A DNA stretch of 64,000 nucleotides. Source: Cyanophyceae cyanobacterium (GTDB lineage: Bacteria; Cyanobacteriota; Cyanobacteriia; Cyanobacteriales; Laspinemataceae). The notes under the pieces are model-generated. The model was not told the DNA's origin. It saw only the letters and a program-made list of their open reading frames with translations, and did no database searches. Numbering within the stretch: the first letter of the stretch is position 1; every line of letters begins with the position of its first letter. Where the stretch lies: positions 32,001-96,000 of the forward strand of contig JBBQFN010000014.1 in assembly GCA_038321985.1 (NCBI GenBank). Direction: 5' to 3'. Made by a program: the position numbers and the translations under genes. Positions 52,617 to 62,708 of this stretch are shown here, piece after piece.

Positions 52617-53666
52617 ATGAAATTTAGCGAAATTATCCAAAAACTAGGCAATCATCTTCCGCAGAGTCCTTTAGTCTCAATCGGTGAGGACCCGGAGATC
52701 ACTGGAGTAGCGGCAGTAGAAAAGGCGAGCCCAGGAACTCTCAGTTATATCGAAGGGCGGAAATTTGGCGATCGCATCGAAATGACTGCTGCCACCGCTT
52801 TAATTTTGCCCATGGAGCCCGAATTGCACCAACGGGCCAGCAGTCGGGGGATTGCTTGGGTTGCCACCCCAGAACCGCGATTATTATTTGCTCATGCGAT
52901 CGCCCTGTATTATCAGCCTTTTCGTCTCCCCCCAGGCATTCATCCCACCGCCTCGATTCACCCGGATGCCACCGTCGCCGAAAATGTCGCCATTGGGGCG
53001 TTTGTCTCAGTCGCCTCTGGGGTCAAAATTGCCAAGGATGTCTGCATTCATGCCCAGGTTACCCTCTATCCCGATGCGGAAATTGGCGAAGGAACAGTCT
53101 TACACGCTAACTGCACCATCCATGAACGCACCCGCATCGGCAAGCGCTGCACCATTCACTGTGGGGCCGTAATTGGGTCCGAGGGGTTTGGATTCGTTCC
53201 CTCTAGTTCCGGTTGGGTAAAAATGGAGCAATCCGGCTACACCGTTTTAGAGGATGGCGTAGAGGTGGGGTGTAATAGTAACATTGACCGTCCTGCCGTG
53301 GGAGAAACCCGAATTGGGGAAAATACAAAAATTGATAACTTAGTCCAAATCGGTCACGGGTGCAAAATTGGCAAAAATTGTGCCTTAGCCGCCCAAGTGG
53401 GTTTAGCCGGTGGGGTGCAGTTAGGAAACAACGTGATTTTAGCCGGTCAAGTGGGCGTAAACAATCAGGTGAAAGTGGGAGATGGGGTGATCGCCTCCGC
53501 CAAAACCGGCATTCACACGGATATCGCCGCCGGTGCAGTCATCTCCGGTTTTCCGGCGATTCCCAACAAAGTCTGGCTGAGAACCGTAGCACTCTCCTAT
53601 CGCCTCCCAGAAATTTATCAATCTCTCAAGCAACTTCAGCGTTTATTGGGTCCTAACTCAAAATAG
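52617..53666 (+). CDS. lpxD: UDP-3-O-(3-hydroxyacyl)glucosamine N-acyltransferase
   Basis: Hexapeptide repeats; VIGSEGFGF, IDRP, TKIDNLVQIGH. Confidence 0.96.
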   Translation: MKFSEIIQKLGNHLPQSPLVSIGEDPEITGVAAVEKASPGTLSYIEGRKFGDRIEMTAATALILPMEPELHQRASSRGIAWVATPEPRLLFAHAIALYYQPFRLPPGIHPTASIHPDATVAENVAIGAFVSVASGVKIAKDVCIHAQVTLYPDAEIGEGTVLHANCTIHERTRIGKRCTIHCGAVIGSEGFGFVPSSSGWVKMEQSGYTVLEDGVEVGCNSNIDRPAVGETRIGENTKIDNLVQIGHGCKIGKNCALAAQVGLAGGVQLGNNVILAGQVGVNNQVKVGDGVIASAKTGIHTDIAAGAVISGFPAIPNKVWLRTVALSYRLPEIYQSLKQLQRLLGPNSK

Positions 53667-53929
53667 GGTTTGGATTCAGGGGAAAAAAGGGGAGTTGGCC
53701 AAGCCGGAGTGGGTTTCGGGGAAACGGGAGTGATTACGAAACCGGGACTTCAGCAATTTTCAAAAGGGTCTATTTAGGGGAACTGGAGTTAAAAATTGAC
53801 CCGTCTAATTTTTTTATAAAAAATTATGCTCAAAAACTACAGGTTTGGGGATATATTTTTACTAGGCCAAATTGAATGATGCGGCTCAATTTTCAGTTTT
53901 TAGATCGCGAAGGATAATCATTGAAAGCA

Positions 53930-54355
53930 ATGAGTGAAATTGCTACAACCCCCCTTAAAGGAAAAGCGCTGCTTCAAAAAGTAAAAGAACTCTCGCACTT
54001 ACCCCGCAGAGAAACCGCCAAGCGCTGTGGATACTACAATCAATCAAAAAATGGAGAGTTTCGGGTAAACCTCACGGACTTTTACGATGCCGTGTTGGAA
54101 GCTCGCGGGATTCCCCTCAGCCCAGAGGGGACAAAAGATGGTCGCGGTCGAGAGGCAACTTATCGGGTCAGCGTCCACAAAAACGGACAAATTGTCATTG
54201 GTTCAACTTATACCCAATCCATGGGATTAAAGCCCGGTGATGAATTTGAAATTAAACTGGGTTACAAGCACATCCACCTGATTCAGGTCGATAGCACTAA
54301 AAATGAGTTCCTCAACGAAGACGATGAGGACTTCGAGGAAGACGAAGAAGATTAG
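53930..54355 (+). CDS. Cyanobacterial AbrB-like transcriptional regulator (cyAbrB)
   Basis: LKGKALLQKVK...AKRCGY...GREATYRVSVHKNGQIVIGSTYT...GDEFEIKLGYKHI. Confidence 0.93.
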   Translation: MSEIATTPLKGKALLQKVKELSHLPRRETAKRCGYYNQSKNGEFRVNLTDFYDAVLEARGIPLSPEGTKDGRGREATYRVSVHKNGQIVIGSTYTQSMGLKPGDEFEIKLGYKHIHLIQVDSTKNEFLNEDDEDFEEDEED

Positions 54356-54593
54356 AAGACTCCAAAACAACCCCTTGTTTTAGCCCGGTTTTCTAAACTT
54401 TCCCTATCAATTAAACCTCTTGCATCATTCTCTCAAGCCGATGGGCATTTTTAAGGGGGGTCGCTCCCTAATGAGACAAGAGGTCTATTATCTATTCAGC
54501 CAGTCCCCCTCCTTCCCGGCTCAGGTTAGCCTCAAGGAGAGCGACTGGTTTCTTTATTTTTAACCCTTTGTTTCCCCAGAGAAAGCTGCAAAA

Positions 54594-56297
54594 TCAACGG
54601 GTCTGTGCCGCTAAATCGTCCGGGTTAGGGCTTTGGGGTTTAGTCCTGGGTGGCATAGCCGAGTGCGGCTGTTCCGGGGTCGGTTCCGCAGAAGGACCTG
54701 GGGGGAGGTGCGACTGTAAAGACGGGTCGCTGACGGTATGAGACAGGGGCGCTAACGCCATTGCAAACCGAGCGTGTTCTTCGAGTTGTTCGGTAGAAGA
54801 GAGGAGATCCCCCAGAATGATTAAAATATTGCGAATGCTCTCGAATAAAGCCGGATCGCCGGTTAATTCTTCCAAATCTGAGGTAATTTTTTGGGCATTT
54901 TGGAACGTGGCGCGGGCAGAATCTAGGGTTTGTTGCAGTAATAGCAGATTGGTGGGGTCGAGGGCGGTATCGGTGAATTGGGCCAGGTTGGCAGAGGCAG
55001 TGGCAGCATTAGCAGCAAGTTGATTGGCCGTAACGGAGAGGGTATCGAGGTTCGCTAAGAGTGCAGAATCCTCGAATTGATTAAGCTGTCGTTGAACCCC
55101 AGCGACGAGGGGGGAAATCTGCGCGGCGCTGACTCGCAGTTGTTCGCTGGTGGTGTTGATGTTATTGAGGGTAGTGACGAGGGTACCGCGATTCGTCGAG
55201 ACGAGTTCATTGACACTGGCAATCAGAGTGCGCAGATCCGTTGCGGTGAGGTTGAGTTCGCCGGCGGTGCCGCCGAGTCCTTCTACGGTGCCACCGACGC
55301 GATCAAGGGTTAGACTGATGCTTTCGGCACTACTCCCGAAGGTCCCGGCAACTGTGCGATATTCCTCAGCGGCGGCCCCAATTTGATTCACCGTTCGTTG
55401 CAGGTCCCCAGCGATCGCCCCGTAGCGATTGGAGATGGCGGTAATTTGAGTGGTGGCGGTGCGGACATCCCCGGAGAGCGCCCCATATTGATTGGCAGTC
55501 CTCCCGATTTGATTGGTGGCGGCCCGGATATCCCCGGCGATCGCTCCATATTGATTGACTGTCGCCCCCAGTTGGCGAGAGATTGCCCCAACCTGATCGG
55601 CAGTGTTCCCAATTTGCCCTGCCGCAGTATTCAAAGACGAAGCCGATTGAAGGGCGGCTGTGGAAAAAATACCTAACTCTCGTTCCACTGATTGCGTCAA
55701 CACACTGATTTCTCGGCTCAATTGAGTAATCTCAGCCGTAGCAACGGTGGAGTTTTTCACCAACGCATTCAGATTGGCAAAAAACGCCGGATCGGAAAAT
55801 AAATTCGTAAACCGCATCGAACCGCGAATCAGTTCGTCAAAATTTACCCCAATCTGACCCTCCAGACGCTCCCGATTGCACAAAATTAACTCGGTATTGC
55901 AGTCGGCGGCTAGGGGGTCAGTAGTTTTAATAATCTGGGGGGGTAAATTCTGGAGGGGGTTGATATCCACCCAAGTTTCCCCAATCAGTCCCCCCTGATT
56001 GGCCTCGATCAACACTGCATTCGGAATCACCAGGTTCGCCGGAGCCACCACCAGTTCCACATCCACCCCATTCGTTCCCGGCAAAATATTGGCAATCCGG
56101 CCCACACTGACACCGCGATAGCGCACCGGTGCACCGACTTGCATCCCCGCAACGTTAGGGAATGAGACCACCAGGGTGTAGCTTTCCTTACCCAGTCCGA
56201 CCCCTCGCAGCCATAAAATTATCGCCCCAAACAGTCCCAAACCAGCTAATAGTAATAAACCAATCGATCCTTCTCTGAGCTTTCGTGACGAACCCAT
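54594..56297 (-). CDS. MlaD/MCE-domain lipid transport protein (Ycf22/TGD2-like) with expanded helical repeats
   Basis: REGSIGLL TM; GMQVGAPVRYRGVSVG MCE motif; GLIGETWVDI; long helical tail. Confidence 0.9.
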   Translation of the reverse strand: MGSSRKLREGSIGLLLLAGLGLFGAIILWLRGVGLGKESYTLVVSFPNVAGMQVGAPVRYRGVSVGRIANILPGTNGVDVELVVAPANLVIPNAVLIEANQGGLIGETWVDINPLQNLPPQIIKTTDPLAADCNTELILCNRERLEGQIGVNFDELIRGSMRFTNLFSDPAFFANLNALVKNSTVATAEITQLSREISVLTQSVERELGIFSTAALQSASSLNTAAGQIGNTADQVGAISRQLGATVNQYGAIAGDIRAATNQIGRTANQYGALSGDVRTATTQITAISNRYGAIAGDLQRTVNQIGAAAEEYRTVAGTFGSSAESISLTLDRVGGTVEGLGGTAGELNLTATDLRTLIASVNELVSTNRGTLVTTLNNINTTSEQLRVSAAQISPLVAGVQRQLNQFEDSALLANLDTLSVTANQLAANAATASANLAQFTDTALDPTNLLLLQQTLDSARATFQNAQKITSDLEELTGDPALFESIRNILIILGDLLSSTEQLEEHARFAMALAPLSHTVSDPSLQSHLPPGPSAEPTPEQPHSAMPPRTKPQSPNPDDLAAQTR

Positions 56298-56436
56298 GCG
56301 TTCTCCTTCTGCGATAGTTGCTCTTATGACGTTGTTGCTATGGTTTGGTCTCCCACCTGTGCGCTACCACCGGGGCGCTGATGCCACAGTACAGTAAACA
56401 CTCATCCCCCAATGCTGCCTTGCGATCGCCAACGGA

Positions 56437-57219
56437 TCAACCCGCTAACTGAATCGGTCCGATAATGCTCCCACTGAAAAATTGTCGGATTAAAGGGTTG
56501 TCCGTGGTGTCAACTAGGTCAATACCACCTTGCCACTGCACTTTGCCATCAAATAAAAACACGAGGCGGTCAGAGGTCCGGCGAATGGTGCTATCTTGGT
56601 GCGTGACCATCACATAAGTGCTACAGCCGCCTCGGGCCGCCTGCAAATCTCGGATTAAATCTTCAATCACCGTTGAGGCGATCGGATCTAAGCCTGCCGT
56701 CGGCTCATCATAGAGCAACACTTCGGGACTGGCGGTGGGGTCCTCTGGATTGGCCATAATCGCCCGGGCAAAACTCACCCGCTTTCGCATTCCTCCAGAC
56801 AGTTCTGCCGGGTATTTATTGCCGATTCCTGGCAACCCTACCATTTCTAACTTCTCTGTGACCAATTGTCGAATTTGTTTGCGGGATAATTTCGAGTGCT
56901 CGTATAGGAAAAATCCCACATTTTCATCCACATTTAACGAATCAAACAGGGCCGCATTTTGAAACACCATCCCAATTCCAATGGGATCGGACAAATCATC
57001 CGTCCAGCGATCGCGGCGAATTCCTTGCACATAAACTTCCCCCGCATCAGGCTCCATCAATCCAGCAATAATCCGCAAGATTGTCGATTTCCCTGTCCCA
57101 GAGGGTCCAATGATTGAGAGTGCCTCGTTGCGGTAAATGCATAAATCCACTTCGTTTAAAATTACATTCCGGCCAAAGGACTTAGACACTCCCTTAAGTT
57201 CAATCAACGGCTCACTCAT
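56437..57219 (-). CDS. MlaF/TGD3-like ABC transporter ATP-binding protein
   Basis: GPSGTGKS, LSGGMRKRV, LLYDEPTAGLDP; adjacent to the MCE gene. Confidence 0.92.
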   Translation of the reverse strand: MSEPLIELKGVSKSFGRNVILNEVDLCIYRNEALSIIGPSGTGKSTILRIIAGLMEPDAGEVYVQGIRRDRWTDDLSDPIGIGMVFQNAALFDSLNVDENVGFFLYEHSKLSRKQIRQLVTEKLEMVGLPGIGNKYPAELSGGMRKRVSFARAIMANPEDPTASPEVLLYDEPTAGLDPIASTVIEDLIRDLQAARGGCSTYVMVTHQDSTIRRTSDRLVFLFDGKVQWQGGIDLVDTTDNPLIRQFFSGSIIGPIQLAG

Positions 57220-57658
57220 CTGCTCAACTTCAGTAACGCTCTGCGGACTGGTCGCTAAAGGTTAAGTATAGTAGTCCAGCAACCCGTCTGGGTGAAAGCC
57301 TAGGCCAGCTTATAGCCCCAGGAATTGTACCCTCGAATGAAGGCTCCCACGAGAGGATTGTCCAGCTACATGGCCTTCTTCTTTAGATTCTAGTCTGGAC
57401 TTCCCCCCGGGAAGAACCCGACCCCTTGGGCTTCCATCCCCCTAGATTTTGGCAATTCCGGCCCTGCACTCTCGCCATTCCTGCGCAATCCAGATATCCT
57501 GGTAAGCATATTCTCTTATCCCTAGGGCCAGATAACATCTAGTCCATAAGAGGTTATGGCTCGATTGAGTTCGGAACACAGCTGTAATGATTACAATCAA
57601 AGCCGTCAAGGTTTAAATTTCTCCGACTCTCTTTTAATCCCCATTCCTAAAATTAATC

Positions 57659-59059
57659 ATGTCAATTGGTTTACTCAAACAAGCTTTCCATTCCCTCAAA
57701 CCGGAGCCCCTCTCTTGGCGCGGGATTCGATTTAACCATTGGTTTAAATGGTTAGCCCCTGGATTGTTCGTGAAACGCTGGCTGCTGTTAAGCGCCCTTG
57801 GGGTCTTATTAACTCTGCTCGGTTTGGCAATTTGGATCAAACTGACTCCGATTTTTTTTGCGATGCAGTTGATTGAGAAAGCTCTAACTCAACTAACCAC
57901 TGTGGTTCCCAGTTATATCAGCGGCCCCTTTGTGCTGCTGTTTGGGATTTTCTTTATTCTGTGGGGTCAAACCCGCACCCTTAGCTCGATTACAGAGGTA
58001 TTAAGACCCGGTGCGGAGGACGAGTTGATTGATGTTCTGCTCCATCACCGTAAGTTAAATCGGGGAGCAAAAATTGTCGTAGTTGGGGGTGGCACCGGTC
58101 TTTCTACCCTACTGCGGGGACTCAAGACTTACAGCGCTAACATTACTGCCATTGTCACGGTGGCGGATGATGGGGGTTCTTCGGGACGGCTACGCCGGGA
58201 AAACGGAGTGTTGCCACCGGGAGATATCCGCAACTGTTTAGCGGCGTTGGCGGATGAGGAAAAGTTATTAACTGAACTATTTCAATACCGTTTTAAGGCC
58301 GGAAATGGTCTGACGGGTCACAGTTTTGGGAATCTGTTTCTGACGGCGATGAGTGATATTAGTGGGGATTTGGAGCGGGCGATCGCCACGAGTTCCAAGG
58401 TTCTGGCTGTCCGGGGTCAAGTTTTACCCTCTACTCTATGTGATGTTACCCTCTGGGCGGAGTTAGCCGATGGTCGTCGCATTGAGGGAGAATCTAGTAT
58501 TACCGAAGCCCATGGCAAAATTATTAAAATTGGCTGTACTCCGGCTAATCCACCCCCGCTCCCCAAAGCTCTCCAGGCAATTCGAGAGGCAGATTTCATT
58601 ATTTTAGGTCCCGGAAGTCTCTATACCAGCGTAATTCCTAATTTATTAGTGCCAGAAATTGCTGAGGAAATTGCTAAACGCAACGTTCCCAAAATTTATG
58701 TTTGTAATATCATGACTCAACCGGGAGAGACCGATGGCTACACGGTGGCTGACCACATTAAAGCGATTGACTTCGCTTCTGGATTAAAGCTGTTTACTTC
58801 GGTTTTGGTACAACAGCAAGTGCCTTCGGCTCAATCCCTGATTCGTTACTCTCAAGACAACTCTCATCCGGTATTTGTCGATCGCTCTACGATTAGCGAA
58901 CTCGGTCGCAGCCTGGTCTTTGCTAATGTGATGCAAGAGGATTCGGAAACGGGTTACGTCCGTCACGATCATCAACTCCTGGCTCAGGTGTTAATCCGTT
59001 GGTATGCTCACGTTCATATTAAAAATAGTGCCGGTCGCCTCTCTGCTGCCGCTCGATAG
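57659..59059 (+). CDS. yvcK: YvcK/GlmR (CofD-like) family protein with N-terminal TM segments
   Basis: [50 protein letters not shown]. Confidence 0.92.
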   Translation: MSIGLLKQAFHSLKPEPLSWRGIRFNHWFKWLAPGLFVKRWLLLSALGVLLTLLGLAIWIKLTPIFFAMQLIEKALTQLTTVVPSYISGPFVLLFGIFFILWGQTRTLSSITEVLRPGAEDELIDVLLHHRKLNRGAKIVVVGGGTGLSTLLRGLKTYSANITAIVTVADDGGSSGRLRRENGVLPPGDIRNCLAALADEEKLLTELFQYRFKAGNGLTGHSFGNLFLTAMSDISGDLERAIATSSKVLAVRGQVLPSTLCDVTLWAELADGRRIEGESSITEAHGKIIKIGCTPANPPPLPKALQAIREADFIILGPGSLYTSVIPNLLVPEIAEEIAKRNVPKIYVCNIMTQPGETDGYTVADHIKAIDFASGLKLFTSVLVQQQVPSAQSLIRYSQDNSHPVFVDRSTISELGRSLVFANVMQEDSETGYVRHDHQLLAQVLIRWYAHVHIKNSAGRLSAAAR

Positions 59060-59343
59060 GCCCAGTCCCCATCTTTCTACTTCGTTGCTCTCTCTCCTGT
59101 TCTGACTCCTCACACGCATTTTCTGTTGGTACTCTACTGCTATTATTGCTCCTGATAAATTTCTAAGTTTTCTGGCCCGCATTCCCCAAAATTACGCGGT
59201 GGAAACGCTCCTATATTCTATCTATCAAGGCTAACTCCTTATTTCCCAAATTGTCATTTTTATCCGCTCTCCCCTTATAATTTTTAAGGCTTTAACCCCC
59301 ATAGGTTCCTAATTCTTTCCCTCGTTCTTTCGTTTATTCCTTC

Positions 59344-59829
59344 ATGAGTCAATCAATGGTTAAGTTATTACTGCCCGATGCAGAGGCCACAAAATCTTTG
59401 GGTTTCACCCTGGGACAACGCTGCTTTCCGGGTACTATAATTTTGCTCGAAGGAGACTTAGGGGCGGGTAAAACCACCCTGGTGCAAGGGATGGGGTCCG
59501 GATTGGGTATCAGCGACTCTATCGTAAGTCCGACGTTTACCTTAATCTTGGAATATCTGGAAGGGCGCATCCCCCTTTATCATTTGGACCTGTATCGTTT
59601 GGACCCGAAGGAAGTCTCAGGGCTGAATCTGGAGAGTTACTGGGAGGGCATGGAAACGGAACCGGGCATTGTGGCGATCGAATGGGCGGAACGCTTATCC
59701 TACAAGCCTCGTGATTATTTACGCCTCTGTCTGACTCATCAGAATCAGGGTCGTCAAGTTGAATTAATCCCGGTCGGGGACTTTAATTTGAATGCACTGG
59801 TCCCATTCCCGATGGAGACCGGCCCCTAA
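59344..59829 (+). CDS. tsaE: tRNA threonylcarbamoyladenosine biosynthesis ATPase
   Basis: GDLGAGKTT, SPTF, HLDLYRL, IEWAE. Confidence 0.96.
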   Translation: MSQSMVKLLLPDAEATKSLGFTLGQRCFPGTIILLEGDLGAGKTTLVQGMGSGLGISDSIVSPTFTLILEYLEGRIPLYHLDLYRLDPKEVSGLNLESYWEGMETEPGIVAIEWAERLSYKPRDYLRLCLTHQNQGRQVELIPVGDFNLNALVPFPMETGP

Positions 59830-59880
59830 CCCTATTAAATCCTAATTTAAAGAAGGGTTAGGGGGTAACTAGGGGAGGGA

Positions 59881-61218
59881 TTAACCTTCAAAAGATAAGG
59901 CTTTGCCGCGAATCTCGGTATTGAGTTTTCCGTGACTGTAAACGATTTGACCGCCAACAATGGTTACAACGGGCCAGCCGGTGAGGTTCCAGCCCTCGAA
60001 GGAACTCCAGCCACATTTGCTGAGCACTTCTTCTCGTAAGACGGGACGATAGCGATTTAAGTCCACGAGGACTAAATCAGCATCATAACCCGGGGCGATC
60101 GCCCCTTTGTTGGGAATTCCATACCCTTTGGCAACGGCAGTGGACATCCAGTTGGCGACTTGGGGGACTGTACAGCGTCCCTGCATGGCTTGGGTCAGCA
60201 TCAGGGGAAGGGAGGTTTCCACTCCGGGCATTCCCGAGGGGCTGTTGGGATACGGTTGGGCTTTTTCTTCTAAAGTATGGGGTGCATGGTCCGTGGCAAT
60301 AAAATCAATCACCCCATCAAGGAGTGCTTGCCAAAGAATTTCGTTATCCTGGGGCGATCGCAAGGGGGGATTCATTTGGGCGAGGGTGCCAATGGTTTCG
60401 TAGGCACTGGTATTGAGTAAGAGGTGTTGGGGCGTTACTTCGGCGGTGACCCAACTCGGCTTATCCTCGCGCAAGAGTAAGGCTTCATCCCCCGTGGACA
60501 GATGTAAAATATGCAGGCGGCGCTGATATTTTTTAGACAGGCGTAATGCTCGTTTCGTAGCGATGAGGGCCGCTTGATTATCCTGGATTTGAGAATGGAC
60601 TGCCGGATCCGTGCGATCGCTAAACTGTTGACGGCGTTCGGCAAGACGGGCGCGATCTTCGGCGTGTACGGCGATTAGGCGATCGCCTTTGCTAAAAATC
60701 GCCTCTAGTGCCGACTCATCATCCACCAACAACGGACCCTTCATCGACCCCATAAAAATTTTAATCCCACAGGCGGGATGAGCTTCCACCAAATCCGGTA
60801 AATGCTCGGCCGTTGCCCCAATAAAAAAGCCATAATTAACTAAGGACGAACGAGCGGCCCGATTCAACTTATCATCCAGAGTGGCCTGGGTAGTCGTCAG
60901 AGGGCGTGTATTGGGCATCTCTAAGAAGGAAGTCACCCCTCCCCTGGCACAAGCGCAACTCGCGGTAAACAGGTCTTCCTTATATTCGAGTCCCGGTTCC
61001 CGAAAATGAACTTGGGGGTCAATTACCCCGGGCAACAAAGTCAATCCCGAGGCGTCAATCACCTCCAGATCCTCGGGAGTATCGGGATTATCGGCCAAAA
61101 CCTGAATATCCGGTGCGATCTGGCGGATTTTCCCCCCGTGGATGAGTACATCACCCCGTAAAAATTCCCCCTCTGGCTGTAAAATCCGCGCTTGTCGGAT
61201 TAATAAATGGTCTTTCAT
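59881..61218 (-). CDS. pyrC: Dihydroorotase (amidohydrolase family)
   Basis: DPQVHFREPG, EMPNT, EVTPQHL, MNPPLR, ATDHAPH. Confidence 0.9.
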   Translation of the reverse strand: MKDHLLIRQARILQPEGEFLRGDVLIHGGKIRQIAPDIQVLADNPDTPEDLEVIDASGLTLLPGVIDPQVHFREPGLEYKEDLFTASCACARGGVTSFLEMPNTRPLTTTQATLDDKLNRAARSSLVNYGFFIGATAEHLPDLVEAHPACGIKIFMGSMKGPLLVDDESALEAIFSKGDRLIAVHAEDRARLAERRQQFSDRTDPAVHSQIQDNQAALIATKRALRLSKKYQRRLHILHLSTGDEALLLREDKPSWVTAEVTPQHLLLNTSAYETIGTLAQMNPPLRSPQDNEILWQALLDGVIDFIATDHAPHTLEEKAQPYPNSPSGMPGVETSLPLMLTQAMQGRCTVPQVANWMSTAVAKGYGIPNKGAIAPGYDADLVLVDLNRYRPVLREEVLSKCGWSSFEGWNLTGWPVVTIVGGQIVYSHGKLNTEIRGKALSFEG

Positions 61219-61755
61219 GGTCAAGTTCCTCGTTATGTTGTTGAACCCTGGTTCGGTCAAGTAAAGGATATCCCCTTCAGAAATTTTATGGGGGGAGTCC
61301 GTTCGTTCCCCTAGTTGCCAAAATCAGACCGACATTTTACACTGGTAAGTAGTGGGCATTGATACAGTAAACGGTGGATGTTGGGGCGTTATTCTCTCTC
61401 TTCCCGGATCGAGGGGCTAGATCTTCGTACTCCCAGCTTAACTGGGATTTTCAGGTTAATTTTTTAGACCTGACTTAGACAGGAGTGATGGACGAAGAAA
61501 GAGGGGAAAAGCCGAAACATTTCAATCCCAGTTAGATAAACATCAATCTATGACACTTCTGAGTCAATCCTTAAGTAACCCAACTAATCTGTTGGTTAGA
61601 AATAGACAGAAGATTGGGTTTATAATTGATAGTTAAAGGTTCACTGGAGTAGACCCCGTTTAAAATTGGCTCTACTTCTACAGGGAGATGAAATTTCCCG
61701 CCCACCCCAATATTGTGTTAAAAACCAGCAGCACTATTAGGTCAAAAGTTCAAAC

Positions 61756-62385
61756 ATGACTCGTGCAAAAGAAACCGTGTCCGATACAAATTCTCAGCCA
61801 ATTCCCCCTAGTCAGCCTGAACAGAGTCCAGAAAATCCTTGGGTAGAAGCAGTTAAAACCATTGGATTGAGTGCGATTTTAGCAATAGGGATTCGTCACT
61901 TTGTGGCTGAGGCACGCTACATTCCATCTGGTTCGATGCTACCGACCTTAGAAGTTAACGATCGCCTGATTATAGATAAGTTAAGCTATCGCTTCACGAG
62001 TCCAGAACGAGGGGATATCGTCGTGTTTTCTCCGACGGAAAAGCTCCAAAAAGAAAATTTTAAAGATGCCTTTATCAAGCGGGTGATTGGTCTGCCGGGG
62101 GAAACAGTTGAAGTCAAAGGAGAACGGGTTTACATTAATAATATCCCCATCCAAGAGCGATATATTGAGGAAGACCCCCATTACCAGTATGGGCCAGTGA
62201 CGGTTCCGGATGATGAATATTTGGTGCTTGGGGATAATCGAAATAATAGCTACGATAGTCACTACTGGGGTTTTGTCCCGAAGGACAAAATTATTGGTCG
62301 TGCGGTGATTAGGTTCTGGCCCCCAAACCGGATGGGAGAATTAAATCCACAGCCGGTTTATATCCAAGAGTCTGAAAGCGAGTAG
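61756..62385 (+). CDS. lepB: Signal peptidase I
   Basis: [32 protein letters not shown]. Confidence 0.96.
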   Translation: MTRAKETVSDTNSQPIPPSQPEQSPENPWVEAVKTIGLSAILAIGIRHFVAEARYIPSGSMLPTLEVNDRLIIDKLSYRFTSPERGDIVVFSPTEKLQKENFKDAFIKRVIGLPGETVEVKGERVYINNIPIQERYIEEDPHYQYGPVTVPDDEYLVLGDNRNNSYDSHYWGFVPKDKIIGRAVIRFWPPNRMGELNPQPVYIQESESE

Positions 62386-62559
62386 TGGGGAGGGGGATTC
62401 CGGCTGTTGCCATCGTGACGCAGCGATCGCCGGATTAAAACAGCCTCTCTAAACTGCGGCAGTTTGTAGGAAGACCGGGTATTTTTCTGGTTTTACCGCT
62501 TTTGAAATTCTCGGCTATCAAACATTACCCATTGTTAATTTTTAAAATCTCTAGTCCAG

Positions 62560-62594
62560 GGTAGCGATCTCAGTCTCGGCGATCGCTACCTTTT
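62560..62594 (+). terminator. Probable terminator downstream of lepB, built on a HIP1 arm
   Basis: GGTAGCGATC-11nt-GATCGCTACC followed by TTTT. Confidence 0.55.
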
Positions 62595-62708
62595 GGTTTA
62601 TGATTATTGCACAAATGTTCAATCGCGATCGCCCCAATAGTGGCTAACGCATCTGCAAACTAATTCTACTGTTTAGGCGTCGGTGTTGACCGGCGATATG
62701 CCTCGATC

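Noticed and set aside
59105..59115. ACTCCTCACAC, the conserved Yfr1 sRNA undecamer
   Set aside because: No flanking stem-loops or terminator and not the usual guaB-trxA context; likely chance in a pyrimidine-rich stretch
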